DNA from: an uncultured Actinomycetes bacterium | GTDB lineage: Bacteria; Actinomycetota; Thermoleophilia; Gaiellales; Gaiellaceae | Length of the DNA stretch: 64,000 nucleotides | Direction: 5' to 3' | Assembly: GCA_963701395.1 (NCBI GenBank) | Contig: CAVOZU010000007.1 | Location: forward strand, 514,053-578,052 | Shown here: positions 8,494-17,958 of the stretch, one piece after another | Numbering within the stretch: the stretch's first letter is position 1 | How the letters are laid out: the number at the start of each line of letters is the position of its first letter | Program-made: the position numbers and the translations under genes | Notes under the pieces: generated by a model | Told to the model about the DNA's origin: nothing | What the model saw: only the letters and a program-made list of their open reading frames with translations | Database searches by the model: none

Positions 8494-10380
8494 ATGCGCC
8501 CGCGTAGCCGGACGGCGCTCGTCGGCCTCGCCGCCTCGCTCGTAGCGCTTGTCCTTGCCGCCGGCGCGTCCGCGAAGTCGTACATCCTGCCCGACGCGAA
8601 CGTCCAGGTCCGTGTGGAACAGGACGGATCGCTCCGGGTCGAGGAGAAGATCACGTTCGCCTTCTCGGGCTTCTTCAGCGGCGCCTACCGCGACATCCCG
8701 CTCCGCTCCGGGGAGTCGATCGGTGACGTGCTCGTGCTGGAGAACGGGCGGCCGTATCGACCCGGCGGCTGCACCGACCTCGGCTGCGACGACGACGCCG
8801 ACACGTTCGGCGTGACGCGCGTCGGCAACGACACGAGGGTCGTCTGGCACTACCAGGCAGGTTCGGGTGAGAAGACGTTCGAGGTTCGCTATCGACTGCA
8901 GGGCCTTGCCGTCGCCTACGACGACGTCGTCGATGTGAACCTCAAGGTCTGGGGCGACGAGTGGCCCGTTGGCCTCTCGCAGCTCGTCGCCGTCACCGCG
9001 GGGCCGGGGAAGGTAGTTCGCTCCTGGGGCCACCCGGTCTGGGTACGCGGGGACGTCACCCTGCAGGCGAACGCCTCCTTGCTCCGCGCGCTCTCGGTGT
9101 CGGCCGGGCAGTGGGTTGAGCAACGCACCCTCTTCCCGCGGGCGGCGTTCACGTCGACAACAGGAATGCGTGTCGAGTCGGGGGATGGGCTCGACAAGAT
9201 CCTCGCCGAGGAGGCGGCCGACGCTGCTGCGTACGAGCGCGACAGCGAGCGGATCGACAACGCGATCGCACACCCGGGCCGCAGTGCCCTGATCGTGCTA
9301 CTGCTCGGGACGCTCCCCGCGCTGCTGGTGGTCGCTGCCGTCTACTGGCGGTTCGGGCGCGAGCTCGACACCGGCTACGACCGCGAGTACGAGCAGGAGC
9401 CACCAACGGAGCTGCAGCCCGCGCTCGTCCCCGTCCTGCTCAGCGAGGGCGCGCCGGCCGGCTCGTTCGAGTTCACGGCGACGTTGTTCGACCTGATCCG
9501 CCGCGGACGTTACCGCTCGACGCCGACCACGACGGAGCGGTCGATCTGGGGCGGGCTGCGGCACGAGCTCGTCCACGACCTCGAGCTCTCCGCCGGCGAC
9601 GAGTCGGAGCCGCTGACCCCGTGGGAGGGGGACGTCGCGCGTGTCGTGGACGACGTGCTCGACGGTGGCAGCGAGCGGCTCTCGCGCTTCCGCGACGAGA
9701 TCGCCGCCGACCGTGAGGCGATGTCGAAGCGCTTTGCCTCGTTCAAGGGCAACGTCGCCAAGGAAGCCGGCGATCGCGCGTGGTTCGTGTCGGCCGGAGC
9801 GGTCCCGATCGGCGCGGCGATCGCCTTCTTCGGGGGTCTCGGGGCGCTGATGGCGTGGCGCGCGATCGACGGCTGGCGCGAGGTCTATCCCCGCTGGAGC
9901 GACGTCGTGCTGCTCGCGCTCGCTGTCGCCTCGTTCGGAAACCTCGTGATCGTGCTCGTCTCCATGCGCCGGAGAAGACTGTGGCGGCGGCGGAGCAGGG
10001 ACGCCGTGACGGAGTCGCAGCGCTGGGAGGCGTTCCGCCGCTACCTCTCCGACTTTCCGCGGCTGCACGAGGCTCCCCCTGCCTCCCTCGCCCTCTGGGA
10101 GAGGTATCTCGTCTACGCGATCGCGCTCGGCATCGCCGATCGCGTGCTCCAGGCGGCGCACTTGCACATGCCGGAGGAGCTTGCGGAGTCGAGCTCGATC
10201 TACTGGATCTCGCCCACCGGAGACCTCGGCTCCGGCGCGACGTCGATCTCGATCGGCGACCTGTCCTCGGGCTTCGGCTCCGCCCTCGCGCCACCCTCCT
10301 CCGGTGGCAGCGGTGGCGGGGGCGGCTTCGGCGGGGGCGGCGGAGGCGGCGGAGGCGGCGGAGGCGGCGGCGCCTGGTAG
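8494..10380 (+). CDS. DUF2207 family membrane protein with Gly-rich tail
   Basis: Signal peptide, WE.YLVYAIALG, C-terminal GGGG..GAW; usual partner of lemA. Confidence 0.88.
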   Translation: MRPRSRTALVGLAASLVALVLAAGASAKSYILPDANVQVRVEQDGSLRVEEKITFAFSGFFSGAYRDIPLRSGESIGDVLVLENGRPYRPGGCTDLGCDDDADTFGVTRVGNDTRVVWHYQAGSGEKTFEVRYRLQGLAVAYDDVVDVNLKVWGDEWPVGLSQLVAVTAGPGKVVRSWGHPVWVRGDVTLQANASLLRALSVSAGQWVEQRTLFPRAAFTSTTGMRVESGDGLDKILAEEAADAAAYERDSERIDNAIAHPGRSALIVLLLGTLPALLVVAAVYWRFGRELDTGYDREYEQEPPTELQPALVPVLLSEGAPAGSFEFTATLFDLIRRGRYRSTPTTTERSIWGGLRHELVHDLELSAGDESEPLTPWEGDVARVVDDVLDGGSERLSRFRDEIAADREAMSKRFASFKGNVAKEAGDRAWFVSAGAVPIGAAIAFFGGLGALMAWRAIDGWREVYPRWSDVVLLALAVASFGNLVIVLVSMRRRRLWRRRSRDAVTESQRWEAFRRYLSDFPRLHEAPPASLALWERYLVYAIALGIADRVLQAAHLHMPEELAESSSIYWISPTGDLGSGATSISIGDLSSGFGSALAPPSSGGSGGGGGFGGGGGGGGGGGGGGAW

Positions 10381-10438
10381 AGCCACGTCCGCAGCCGGCA
10401 TCTCGACCTCGGCGCCGCGGGTCGGCGCGCTGAACGCC

Positions 10439-10567
10439 GTGGAGGACGAGTACGACGACGCAACTCTGGCGCTGCTCGCTCTGTACGACATCCGGCGCGA
10501 TGTCCGGCGAATCGCGGAGGTTCTGAACGATGGCGAGGAAGCGGAAGAGGGCGACGAGGACGACTGA
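10439..10567 (+). CDS. small acidic protein (42 aa)
   Basis: GTG..VEDEYDDATLALLALYDIRRDVRRIAEVLNDGEEAEEGDEDD; overlaps the next small ORF. Confidence 0.5.
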   Translation: MEDEYDDATLALLALYDIRRDVRRIAEVLNDGEEAEEGDEDD

Positions 10568-10673
10568 GGACCGTCGCCGCGAGCGCGAGCGGTACGACGA
10601 ACGGACGCGCCTGCTCGAGGAGCGCATCGCTCGGGGAGTCGCCCGCCTTCAGGAGCGCCGAGAGAGCTCGTAG
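10530..10673 (+). CDS. small basic helical protein (47 aa)
   Basis: MARKRKRATRTTEDRRRERERYDERTRLLEERIARGVARLQERRESS; GGAGG upstream of the ATG. Confidence 0.5.
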   Translation: MARKRKRATRTTEDRRRERERYDERTRLLEERIARGVARLQERRESS

Positions 10674-11323
10674 AGAGCAATCGCGCCGGCAGCGGCGACG
10701 TTCAGCGACTCCGCGCCGCCGGGCAGCGGGATCGTCGCCTTGTGACTGATCGTCACAAGGCTCTCGGGGAGACCCTCTCGCTCAGCCCCGAGGAGCAGTG
10801 CGAGGGGGGGCGTGAGGTCGACGTCCGCGAGCGGGGCGGCACCGTGCGAGACCAGCGCGACGCGACGCTCGGGTAGCTCGCCCCATGGCACGAGAGGCAC
10901 ACGGAAGATCGCGCCGGCGGACGCGCGCACGGCCTTCGGCGAGAGCGGATCCGCGCACTCGGCCGACAGGCAGACGGAGGCACCGAAGGCGTCGGCGGTG
11001 CGCAGCAGCGTGCCCACGTTCCCGGGGTCGGTGAGCCGCCACAAGCCGAGGCACACGGGCCGGGTCTCCTGCGGGAGGCTCGTCTGCTCGTACACGCCGA
11101 TCACGCGGGCTGGATACGGCAGCGTGGAAACGGAGGCGAGCAGCTCGGGCTCGACGTTCTCGCCCGCGACGAGCAGGTCGACCGGCTCGATGCCCGATGC
11201 GCGTGCCGCGTCGACGAGATCCTCTCCCTCACACGCGAACAGCCCCGTCTCCACGCGATACTTCCGCCCGCCCAACAGCTTGCGGACGAGCTTCAGGCGC
11301 TCGTTGTCACGGGAGACGATCAC
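10649..11323 (-). CDS. TrmH/SpoU family RNA methyltransferase
   Basis: DPGNVGTLLRTA, GAEREGL, ESLNVAAA SPOUT motifs. Confidence 0.93.
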   Translation of the reverse strand: MIVSRDNERLKLVRKLLGGRKYRVETGLFACEGEDLVDAARASGIEPVDLLVAGENVEPELLASVSTLPYPARVIGVYEQTSLPQETRPVCLGLWRLTDPGNVGTLLRTADAFGASVCLSAECADPLSPKAVRASAGAIFRVPLVPWGELPERRVALVSHGAAPLADVDLTPPLALLLGAEREGLPESLVTISHKATIPLPGGAESLNVAAAGAIALYELSRRS

Positions 11324-11417
11324 GCTCGCTCCGAGGTTCGGCCCTCATGGTCGCGGTCGGGCGACCTGACACCGCCCGGTCGGCGGTGGTCGTCCGGCGC
11401 CGGCGCCAGCTCGGTTC

Positions 11418-11783
11418 CTACGCGGCGTCGGCGAGCGCGGCCTTGGCGCGCTCGGCAACCGCCGTGAACGCTGCCGGATCGCTGACCGCGATGTCGGCGA
11501 GCGACTTGCGGTCGAGCTCGATCCCCGCCTTGCCGAGCCCGTGGATGAGTTGGTTGTAGGAGAGACCGTTGGCCCGGGCCGCCGCGTTGATCCGGATGAT
11601 CCACAGCGAACGGAACGTCCGCTTGCGGTTCTTGCGGTCGCGATAGGCGTAGACGAGCGACTTGTCGACCTGCTCCTTCGCGTAGCGGTAGTGGGACTTC
11701 TTGAGCCCGTAGTACCCCTTCGCCTGGTCGAGGACCTTGCGGCGCTTCTTGCGCGCGTGGACCGATCGTTTCACGCGAGGCAT
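11418..11783 (-). CDS. rplT: 50S ribosomal protein L20
   Basis: [32 protein letters not shown]. Confidence 0.98.
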   Translation of the reverse strand: MPRVKRSVHARKKRRKVLDQAKGYYGLKKSHYRYAKEQVDKSLVYAYRDRKNRKRTFRSLWIIRINAAARANGLSYNQLIHGLGKAGIELDRKSLADIAVSDPAAFTAVAERAKAALADAA

Positions 11784-11786
11784 CGC

Positions 11787-11984
11787 TCAACCCCTCCCAA
11801 GCAACTTCGAGACCGACTTCGTGTCGCTCGCGGCGACGTCGTACTCCTTGCGGAAGCCGCGTCTACGCTTCGACGACTTCTTCTCGAGGTTGTGGCTCTT
11901 CATCCCGTGACGGCGCAGGATCTTGCCCGTCCCCGTCACCTTGAACCGCTTCTTCGCCCCGCTCCCTGTTTTCACCTTCGGCAT
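11787..11984 (-). CDS. rpmI: 50S ribosomal protein L35
   Basis: [21 protein letters not shown]. Confidence 0.97.
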   Translation of the reverse strand: MPKVKTGSGAKKRFKVTGTGKILRRHGMKSHNLEKKSSKRRRGFRKEYDVAASDTKSVSKLLGRG

Positions 11985-12549
11985 CGCGCTTCACCCCTGC
12001 GTTCTTCGTCGGCCCGAGCAGCATGACCATGTTGCGTCCGTCGAGGGTGGGCGTCTGCTCGACCTGCCCGATCTCCTTGACGTCCTCTGCGAGACGGTCG
12101 AGCAACATCCGACCGCGCTCCGGGTGGAGGTTCTCCCGCCCCCGGAACATGATCGTGACCTTCACCTTCGCCCGTTGGTGCAAGAAGCGGACGACGTGGC
12201 CCTTTTTCGTCTCGTAGTCGTGATCGCCGATCTTCGGCCTGAGCTTGATCTCCTTGACGTGGATCTGCGACTGGTGCTTTCTCGCCTGCTTCGCCCGCTG
12301 TTCCTGCTCGTAGCGCCACTTCCCGTAGTCCATGACGCGCGCCACCGGAGGATCCGCGCCCGCAGCGACCTCGACGAGGTCGAGGTTCTTGCTGAACGCG
12401 TACTCGAGCGCCTCCTTCGTCGGCTTGATCCCGACCTGGCCCCCGTTCTCGTCGACGAGCCTGACCCGCTGCGCGCGAATCGCATCGTTGATTCGATCCT
12501 GGTGGACGACGGGACGTGTCCGGTCTTCTGGACGCCGCCGCGGTCTCAA
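11863..12549 (-). CDS. infC: translation initiation factor IF-3 (start codon uncertain)
   Basis: [42 protein letters not shown]. Confidence 0.96.
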   Translation of the reverse strand: MRPRRRPEDRTRPVVHQDRINDAIRAQRVRLVDENGGQVGIKPTKEALEYAFSKNLDLVEVAAGADPPVARVMDYGKWRYEQEQRAKQARKHQSQIHVKEIKLRPKIGDHDYETKKGHVVRFLHQRAKVKVTIMFRGRENLHPERGRMLLDRLAEDVKEIGQVEQTPTLDGRNMVMLLGPTKNAGVKRDAEGENRERGEEAVQGDGDGQDPAPSRDEEPQPREEVVEA

Positions 12550-12574
12550 AGGCTGTTCACCAAGCCGACTCGAT

Positions 12575-12693
12575 CCTCCTGTTCAATGACATTGCCGCTG
12601 CAGCGAGCGGCACCGGACCTCGTCGCGTCGACTCGGTTGAACCACGCGCGGCCGTTGCCGTCGTGGTGAGGGGCGATGCCGTCCCTGCTTTGC
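12575..12693 (-). ncRNA. putative L20 ribosomal protein leader upstream of infC-rpmI-rplT
   Basis: Minus strand AAGCAGGGACG-gcat-CGCCCCTCACC resembles the AGCAG..hairpin..CTCACC 5' part of the L20 leader; expected location; TACCCT -10 box upstream. Confidence 0.55.
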
Positions 12694-12707
12694 AGAGGAA
12701 AGAGGGT

Positions 12708-12744
12708 AGCAGCTGTCGCACGTCGCAGCCTTGCGACAGCTGCT
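12708..12744. terminator. 13-bp inverted repeat downstream of thrS (possible terminator)
   Basis: AGCAGCTGTCGCA ... TGCGACAGCTGCT. Confidence 0.5.
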
Positions 12745-12780
12745 CGCCGGGCGAGGGAGGGTGAGGCCAGAGCCTCGCCC

Positions 12781-14685
12781 CTACGACGCCGGGGAGGGCG
12801 GGACCTGCGCAGCGAACGTCTCGAGCAGTTCGTCGAGTGTCATCGTGGCCTGACCTTCGCCGCGCACGCGGACCGCGATGCTGCTCTCGCTCTCGCGATC
12901 GCCCCACACGACGACATAGGGCACCTTGGCCAGCTCCGTGTCGCGAATCCGACGGCCGAGCGTCTCGTCGCGCTCGTCCACCTCGACCCGATAGCCCGGG
13001 CCGCGTACGCGGTCGGCGAGCGCATGCGCGGCGTCTCGGTGGCTCTCGCCGACGGGCAGGATCGTCAGCTGGACAGGCGCGAGCCAGAGCGGGAACGCGC
13101 CACCGTAGTGCTCGATGAGGATCCCCATGAAGCGCTCCAGCGAGCCCAGCAGCGCGCGGTGAACGACGTAGGGCACGTGCTCTTCGTTGTCCGCCCCCAT
13201 GTACGACAGACCGAAGCGCGCCGGCATCTGCGCGTCGAGTTGGATCGTCCCCATCTGCCAGAGGCGTCCGAGCACGTCCGCCATGTGCAGGTCGATCTTC
13301 GGCCCGTAGAACGCGCCCTCGCCCTCACCGACGAAGTAGTCGAGCCCGCGCCGATCGAGGGCCGACCGCAGCGCACCCTCCGTGAAGTCCCATTCCTCGT
13401 CGGTGCCAAGCTTGTCGTCGGGGCGCGTGGACAGCTCGAATCGCGCTTGCATCCCGAACAGGTCGTAGAGGAAGGCGACGTAGTCGAGGCACCCGAAGAT
13501 CTCGTCCTCGATCTGCTCGCGGGTGCAGAAGATGTGGGCGTCGTCCTGTGTCACGTGCCGTACCCGCAACAGGCCGTGCAGCGTCCCCGCCAGTTCGTTC
13601 CGGTGCAGCGTCGACGACTCCGCGTAGCGCAGCGGCAGATCCCGGTAGCTCCGCAGCTGGCTGCCGAAGAGGAGCATGTGACCGGGGCAGTTCATCGGTT
13701 TCAACCCCCAGGTCTTGCCCTCCTCGACGATGAGGAACATGTTCTCGCGGAACTTCTCCCAGTGCCCCGAGGTGACCCAGAGGTCGGAGTCGTAAATGAG
13801 CGGCGTCTTGACCTCCGCGTAGCCCCGGCTGGCGTTCTCCCGTCGCCGGAGGTCCTCGAGCTCGTTCCAGATCACCATGCCACGCGGGTGCCAGAGGGGC
13901 GAGCCCGGCGCGTGCTCGTCGAAGTGGACGAGGTCGAGTTGGACACCGAGCCGGCGGTGATCACGAGCGCGGGCCGCCTCGAGGCGCGCCAGGTGCGTGT
14001 CGAGGTCACCCTGCGTGAAGAAGGCCGTGCCGTAGATCCGCGTCAGCTGCGTGTTTCGCTCGTCGCCGCGCCAGTAGGCGCCCGCGAGGCTCGTCAGCTT
14101 CACGGCCTTGATGGGCGAAGAGTCCTGCAGGTGCGGCCCCCGGCAGAGGTCGGTGAAGTCGCCCTGGGTGTACAGCGAGATCGAGCCCTCGGCCGTGTCG
14201 ACGAGCTCGACCTTGTAGGTCTCTCCCTCTTCGGCGAACCGTCCACGCGCCTCGTCCGCGCTGATCTCCTGTCGCTCCCACGCTCGTCCCTCGGCGATCT
14301 CGCGTCGGATCTCCTCCTCGATCGCCTCGAGGTCGGATTCGTGGACCGGCTCGGGGAACTCGAAGTCGTAGTAGAAGCCCTGCTCGATCGCCGGGCCGAT
14401 CGCGACCTTGACTCCCGGATGCAGGCGGCGGACGGCTTCCGCAAGCAGGTGGGCGGTCGAGTGGCGCAGCACCGCGAGCGCCTCGGGATCCTGTCGGTCG
14501 CGCGTGGTGAGCAGCTGGAGGCGCGCGCCGTCGGGGAGCGGGAGCCGCAGGTCGCAGACCTCGCCGTCGACCCGCGCGACCACCGCTTGCTCGGCGAGCT
14601 TGGGACCGATCGCCCGTGCCGCGTCGAGCGCCGACGCGCCTTCGGGCAACTCCAGCGCTGTGTCGTCGGGGAGAAGAACCTTCAC
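12781..14685 (-). CDS. thrS: threonine--tRNA ligase
   Basis: TGS domain, DLCRGPH, KPMNCP, GAFYGPKID, HRALLGSLERF; TACAAT 7 nt before GTG (leaderless). Confidence 0.98.
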   Translation of the reverse strand: MKVLLPDDTALELPEGASALDAARAIGPKLAEQAVVARVDGEVCDLRLPLPDGARLQLLTTRDRQDPEALAVLRHSTAHLLAEAVRRLHPGVKVAIGPAIEQGFYYDFEFPEPVHESDLEAIEEEIRREIAEGRAWERQEISADEARGRFAEEGETYKVELVDTAEGSISLYTQGDFTDLCRGPHLQDSSPIKAVKLTSLAGAYWRGDERNTQLTRIYGTAFFTQGDLDTHLARLEAARARDHRRLGVQLDLVHFDEHAPGSPLWHPRGMVIWNELEDLRRRENASRGYAEVKTPLIYDSDLWVTSGHWEKFRENMFLIVEEGKTWGLKPMNCPGHMLLFGSQLRSYRDLPLRYAESSTLHRNELAGTLHGLLRVRHVTQDDAHIFCTREQIEDEIFGCLDYVAFLYDLFGMQARFELSTRPDDKLGTDEEWDFTEGALRSALDRRGLDYFVGEGEGAFYGPKIDLHMADVLGRLWQMGTIQLDAQMPARFGLSYMGADNEEHVPYVVHRALLGSLERFMGILIEHYGGAFPLWLAPVQLTILPVGESHRDAAHALADRVRGPGYRVEVDERDETLGRRIRDTELAKVPYVVVWGDRESESSIAVRVRGEGQATMTLDELLETFAAQVPPSPAS

Positions 14686-14796
14686 GGGGCCGATTGTAGG
14701 CGCGGAACGCCCGGGCCCCGACGGCTACCGACAGGCGCCGTCGTCGCTCACTCGTTCGAGGCTGAGGGGTGCTGTCTGGCACGCCGAAGCACAGTC

Positions 14797-16143
14797 ATGG
14801 CTCCCGTTCCCGTGTACAGGGGCCGCTTCGGCGTCCCCGAGGCGGAGCGCTTGCTGTGGCGCGCCGGCTTCGGGCCGCGCAAGGGAGAGGCGAGGGCGCT
14901 CGCCGAGTTGGGCTTGACCGCAGCGGTGCGTTCGCTCACGCGTCCCGCACCGGAGAAGCTCGTCGGTCGTCCACCGCGCGACGACAAGGGACGGCGGCTC
15001 GCACCGGCTGACGCGTACGGTCACGACCACCTCTGGTGGCTCGACCGCATGGTGCGAACGAGCCGGCCACTCGTCGAGCGGATGACGCTCGTGTGGCACG
15101 ACTGGTTCGCAACGTCGAACGCCGGTGTCGGCTCACAGAAGCTGATGCTCGAGCAGAACGCGCTCTTCCGGCGCTTCGCGCTCGGAGACTTTCGATTCCT
15201 CCTGCACTCGGTGACGGCGAACCCGGCGATGCTGCTGTGGCTCTCCGGTTCGGAGAACACGAAGGACTCTCCCAACGAGAACTTCGCGCGCGAACTGATG
15301 GAGCTGTTCACGCTCGGAGAGGGAAACGGGTACACGGAACGTGACGTCCGCGAGCAGGCACGTGCGCTCACCGGCTTCCGCTACGACTGGAAGCGCGGGC
15401 GAGGTGCGGTCAACTTCCGCTTCGACCCGAAGCGGCACGACCCAGGAGTCAAGGTCGTGTTCGGCAAGCGCGGGCGCTTCGGCTGGCGCGACGCCTGCAA
15501 CCTGTGCCTCGACCACCCGCGTCACACCCGCTTCTTCGTCGAGAAGCTGTGGGGCTACTTCGTGCCGGCTCCGCCCAGTGCGTCGACGCGGCGTGCGCTG
15601 GAGGCGCTCTACCGCGACGGGCACGAGGTGCGGCCCGCCGTCGAGGCGATCCTGCAGCACCCCGCTCTCTACACCGGCCCGCGCATGGTGAAACCCCCCG
15701 TCGTCTACATGGCGGGGCTCCTGCGCGCCCTTGGCCGCCGCGTCGACACGAACGCCTGGGTGTGGCTCGGCGACGGCGCCGGACAGCGTCTCTTCTACCC
15801 GCCGAACGTCGCCGGCTGGGACGACGAGCGCTGGCTCGATACGGCGACCTTCCGCGGACGATGGGCGATCGCGAACGAGGCGCTGTCGAAGTTCGCTCTC
15901 GAGCAAAAGCGTGGCCGCAAGCCGCCGAAGGCCCCTTCGAAGCCGGAGGCGATCGTCGACAACGCGATCTTCCTGCTCGGGAGCCCCCGCATCCGGCCGG
16001 TCACACGCGCAGCTCTCGTCCGCTTTGCGCGCACCGCCATGGGCGACGCGAAGGAGGACTGGAAGAAGGAGTCCTATCCCCCACTCGTCCTGAACGCGGT
16101 GCGTCAACTCCTCGCCGTGTCACCTGATCTACAGGCCGCGTGA
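14797..16143 (+). CDS. DUF1800 family protein
   Basis: ERMTLVWHDWFA, PNENFARELMELFTLG, PPNVAGW. Confidence 0.9.
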   Translation: MAPVPVYRGRFGVPEAERLLWRAGFGPRKGEARALAELGLTAAVRSLTRPAPEKLVGRPPRDDKGRRLAPADAYGHDHLWWLDRMVRTSRPLVERMTLVWHDWFATSNAGVGSQKLMLEQNALFRRFALGDFRFLLHSVTANPAMLLWLSGSENTKDSPNENFARELMELFTLGEGNGYTERDVREQARALTGFRYDWKRGRGAVNFRFDPKRHDPGVKVVFGKRGRFGWRDACNLCLDHPRHTRFFVEKLWGYFVPAPPSASTRRALEALYRDGHEVRPAVEAILQHPALYTGPRMVKPPVVYMAGLLRALGRRVDTNAWVWLGDGAGQRLFYPPNVAGWDDERWLDTATFRGRWAIANEALSKFALEQKRGRKPPKAPSKPEAIVDNAIFLLGSPRIRPVTRAALVRFARTAMGDAKEDWKKESYPPLVLNAVRQLLAVSPDLQAA

Positions 16144-17528
16144 TGGGCTGCTGCCGCGAGCATTCACGTGCCGACCTGCTCCGTCGAGGTGTCGCCGAGG
16201 CTGGTCGCGGCCTGCCGGCGATCGAGCCTGGAATGCCTCTTCCGGCAGGGACCGGGCTCTCCCGGCGGGATCTCCTCGCCCGCAGCGTTGGGCTCGCCGT
16301 CGCGGTGTACGGGGGCGGTTCGCTGCTGCCGCAGCAGTTCGACGAGGGCATCCTGGCGGCACGCGCTGCCGGAACCGGCAAGGGTCGCGTGATCGTGTCC
16401 GTGTTCCTCGACGGCGGCGTCGACTCGCTCTCGGCGCTGTACCCGGCCGGTGATCCCCTCTATCGCAAGCTCCGCCCGCGCCTGGCGCTCGCTCCCGAGG
16501 CAGGCCAGCCGTTCACGGAGGACACTCGACTGCACTGGCACCCGTCCCTCGCTCCCCTCGCCCTCCTGCACGCCGAGGGCAAGGTGACCGTGATGCCGGG
16601 CATCGGCTACAGCTCCCCCAACCAGTCGCACTTCACGTCGCGGCACTACTGGGAGGTGGGAGCTGTCGACGACCGCCTCGTGACGGGCTGGATGGGTCGC
16701 TTCCTCGACCGGTACGGCGCGCCGGACAACCCGCTGCAGGGGCTCGCCCTCGACTGGGGCCTGCAACCGAATCTCGCCACGAAGCGAGTCCCGGTGGCGT
16801 CGATCGACGCCCCCGACCGCTACGACTTCTGGGCGCGCGGAGTCTGGGGAGACGTGCACGATCGGATGCTCGACGCCATCGGCCAGCTCGGGGGTCTGCC
16901 CGGCGGCACGGACGGATTCGGGCAGGCTGCACGCGCTGCCCGCCAGACGCATCAGCTCTACCGACAGCTCGCGCCGTTCCGACCGAAGGACGACAAGAAG
17001 CCTGCATACACGAGCCCGGTGGCCTATCCGTCGGGAGACGACCGCTTCCCGCGTCGTCTCGCCGGTCTTGCAGCCATGCTCGACGCCGGCCTGCCGCTCC
17101 GCTGTGTCGCGCTGACCGCACCCGGCGCGTACGACACCCACGACGACCAGCCCGGCGAGCTCGCGGCCGGCCTGCGGCTCACCGCCGATTCGCTGCTGGC
17201 GTTCCAGCGTGACCTCGAGGCGCGCGGGCTCGCCGACCGAGTGCTCGTCCACGTCTGGTCGGAGTTCGGCCGCCGCGCTTCGGAGAACGGCTCGAACGGC
17301 ACCGATCACGGCGCCGCCGGTGTCGGCTTCCTCGTCGGTACGAAGGCGTCGGGGACGATGCTCGGCGAGTTCCCCGGGCTCGACAAGCTCGACGATCACG
17401 GAAACCTCCGCGCCACTGCAGACTTCCGCGGTCTCTATGGCGCACTCGTCGAGGACTGGCTCGGCGGTGACGCCGAGGCGGTCGTGCCGGGCGCGAAGTC
17501 GCTTCGCCGGCCGACGATCCTCCGATGA
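16140..17528 (+). CDS. DUF1501 family protein, Tat-like signal
   Basis: SRRDLL, FLDGGVD, SHF, YDTH, SEFGRR..ENGSNGTDHG. Confidence 0.9.
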   Translation: MMGCCREHSRADLLRRGVAEAGRGLPAIEPGMPLPAGTGLSRRDLLARSVGLAVAVYGGGSLLPQQFDEGILAARAAGTGKGRVIVSVFLDGGVDSLSALYPAGDPLYRKLRPRLALAPEAGQPFTEDTRLHWHPSLAPLALLHAEGKVTVMPGIGYSSPNQSHFTSRHYWEVGAVDDRLVTGWMGRFLDRYGAPDNPLQGLALDWGLQPNLATKRVPVASIDAPDRYDFWARGVWGDVHDRMLDAIGQLGGLPGGTDGFGQAARAARQTHQLYRQLAPFRPKDDKKPAYTSPVAYPSGDDRFPRRLAGLAAMLDAGLPLRCVALTAPGAYDTHDDQPGELAAGLRLTADSLLAFQRDLEARGLADRVLVHVWSEFGRRASENGSNGTDHGAAGVGFLVGTKASGTMLGEFPGLDKLDDHGNLRATADFRGLYGALVEDWLGGDAEAVVPGAKSLRRPTILR

Positions 17529-17905
17529 GCGCGCGCCGGACCGTCGTGGTGGCAGCAGCAGCCGCCGCCGCCGCGCTCGCAACGGTGGTCGACGTCAACG
17601 CCGGACGACCGCAGCCGGCCCGAGTACAGGTGACGGCAACGGAGTTCACCTTCGCGCTCTCCCGCACCGGCGTGAGAGCTGGGCTGATCATGGTGGAGCT
17701 CGTCAACCTGGGCGAGGACGATCACGACCTTGCTCTGCGGCGCCTCGCGCCGCAGGCCCGCACGCACCGAGTCCGCAGGGTCGACCCAGGCGAGCTGCAC
17801 CAGCTCGAGACCCGTCTCCCACCGGGCCGCTATCGGCTCTGGTGCACGCTCCCAGGGCATCGGGCGCGGGGCATGGTCGCGACCCTGGTCGTCCGCAAGC
17901 GCTGA
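17525..17905 (+). CDS. exported cupredoxin-domain protein
   Basis: Signal sequence; N.GEDDH and WCTLPGHRARGM type-1 copper-like ligands. Confidence 0.8.
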   Translation: MSARRTVVVAAAAAAAALATVVDVNAGRPQPARVQVTATEFTFALSRTGVRAGLIMVELVNLGEDDHDLALRRLAPQARTHRVRRVDPGELHQLETRLPPGRYRLWCTLPGHRARGMVATLVVRKR

Positions 17906-17958
17906 GAGCGACACAGCCCCGGCGGGGCGCCCGCTGGACGGGCACCTAGACTGGCCGC

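Noticed and set aside
10300-10378. GGC-rich tandem repeat
   Set aside because: Encodes the normal Gly-rich tail of DUF2207 proteins.
12676-14796. N-terminal ~700 aa of the 1155-aa plus-strand ORF
   Set aside because: Antisense shadow of thrS; the real DUF1800 gene starts at 14797.
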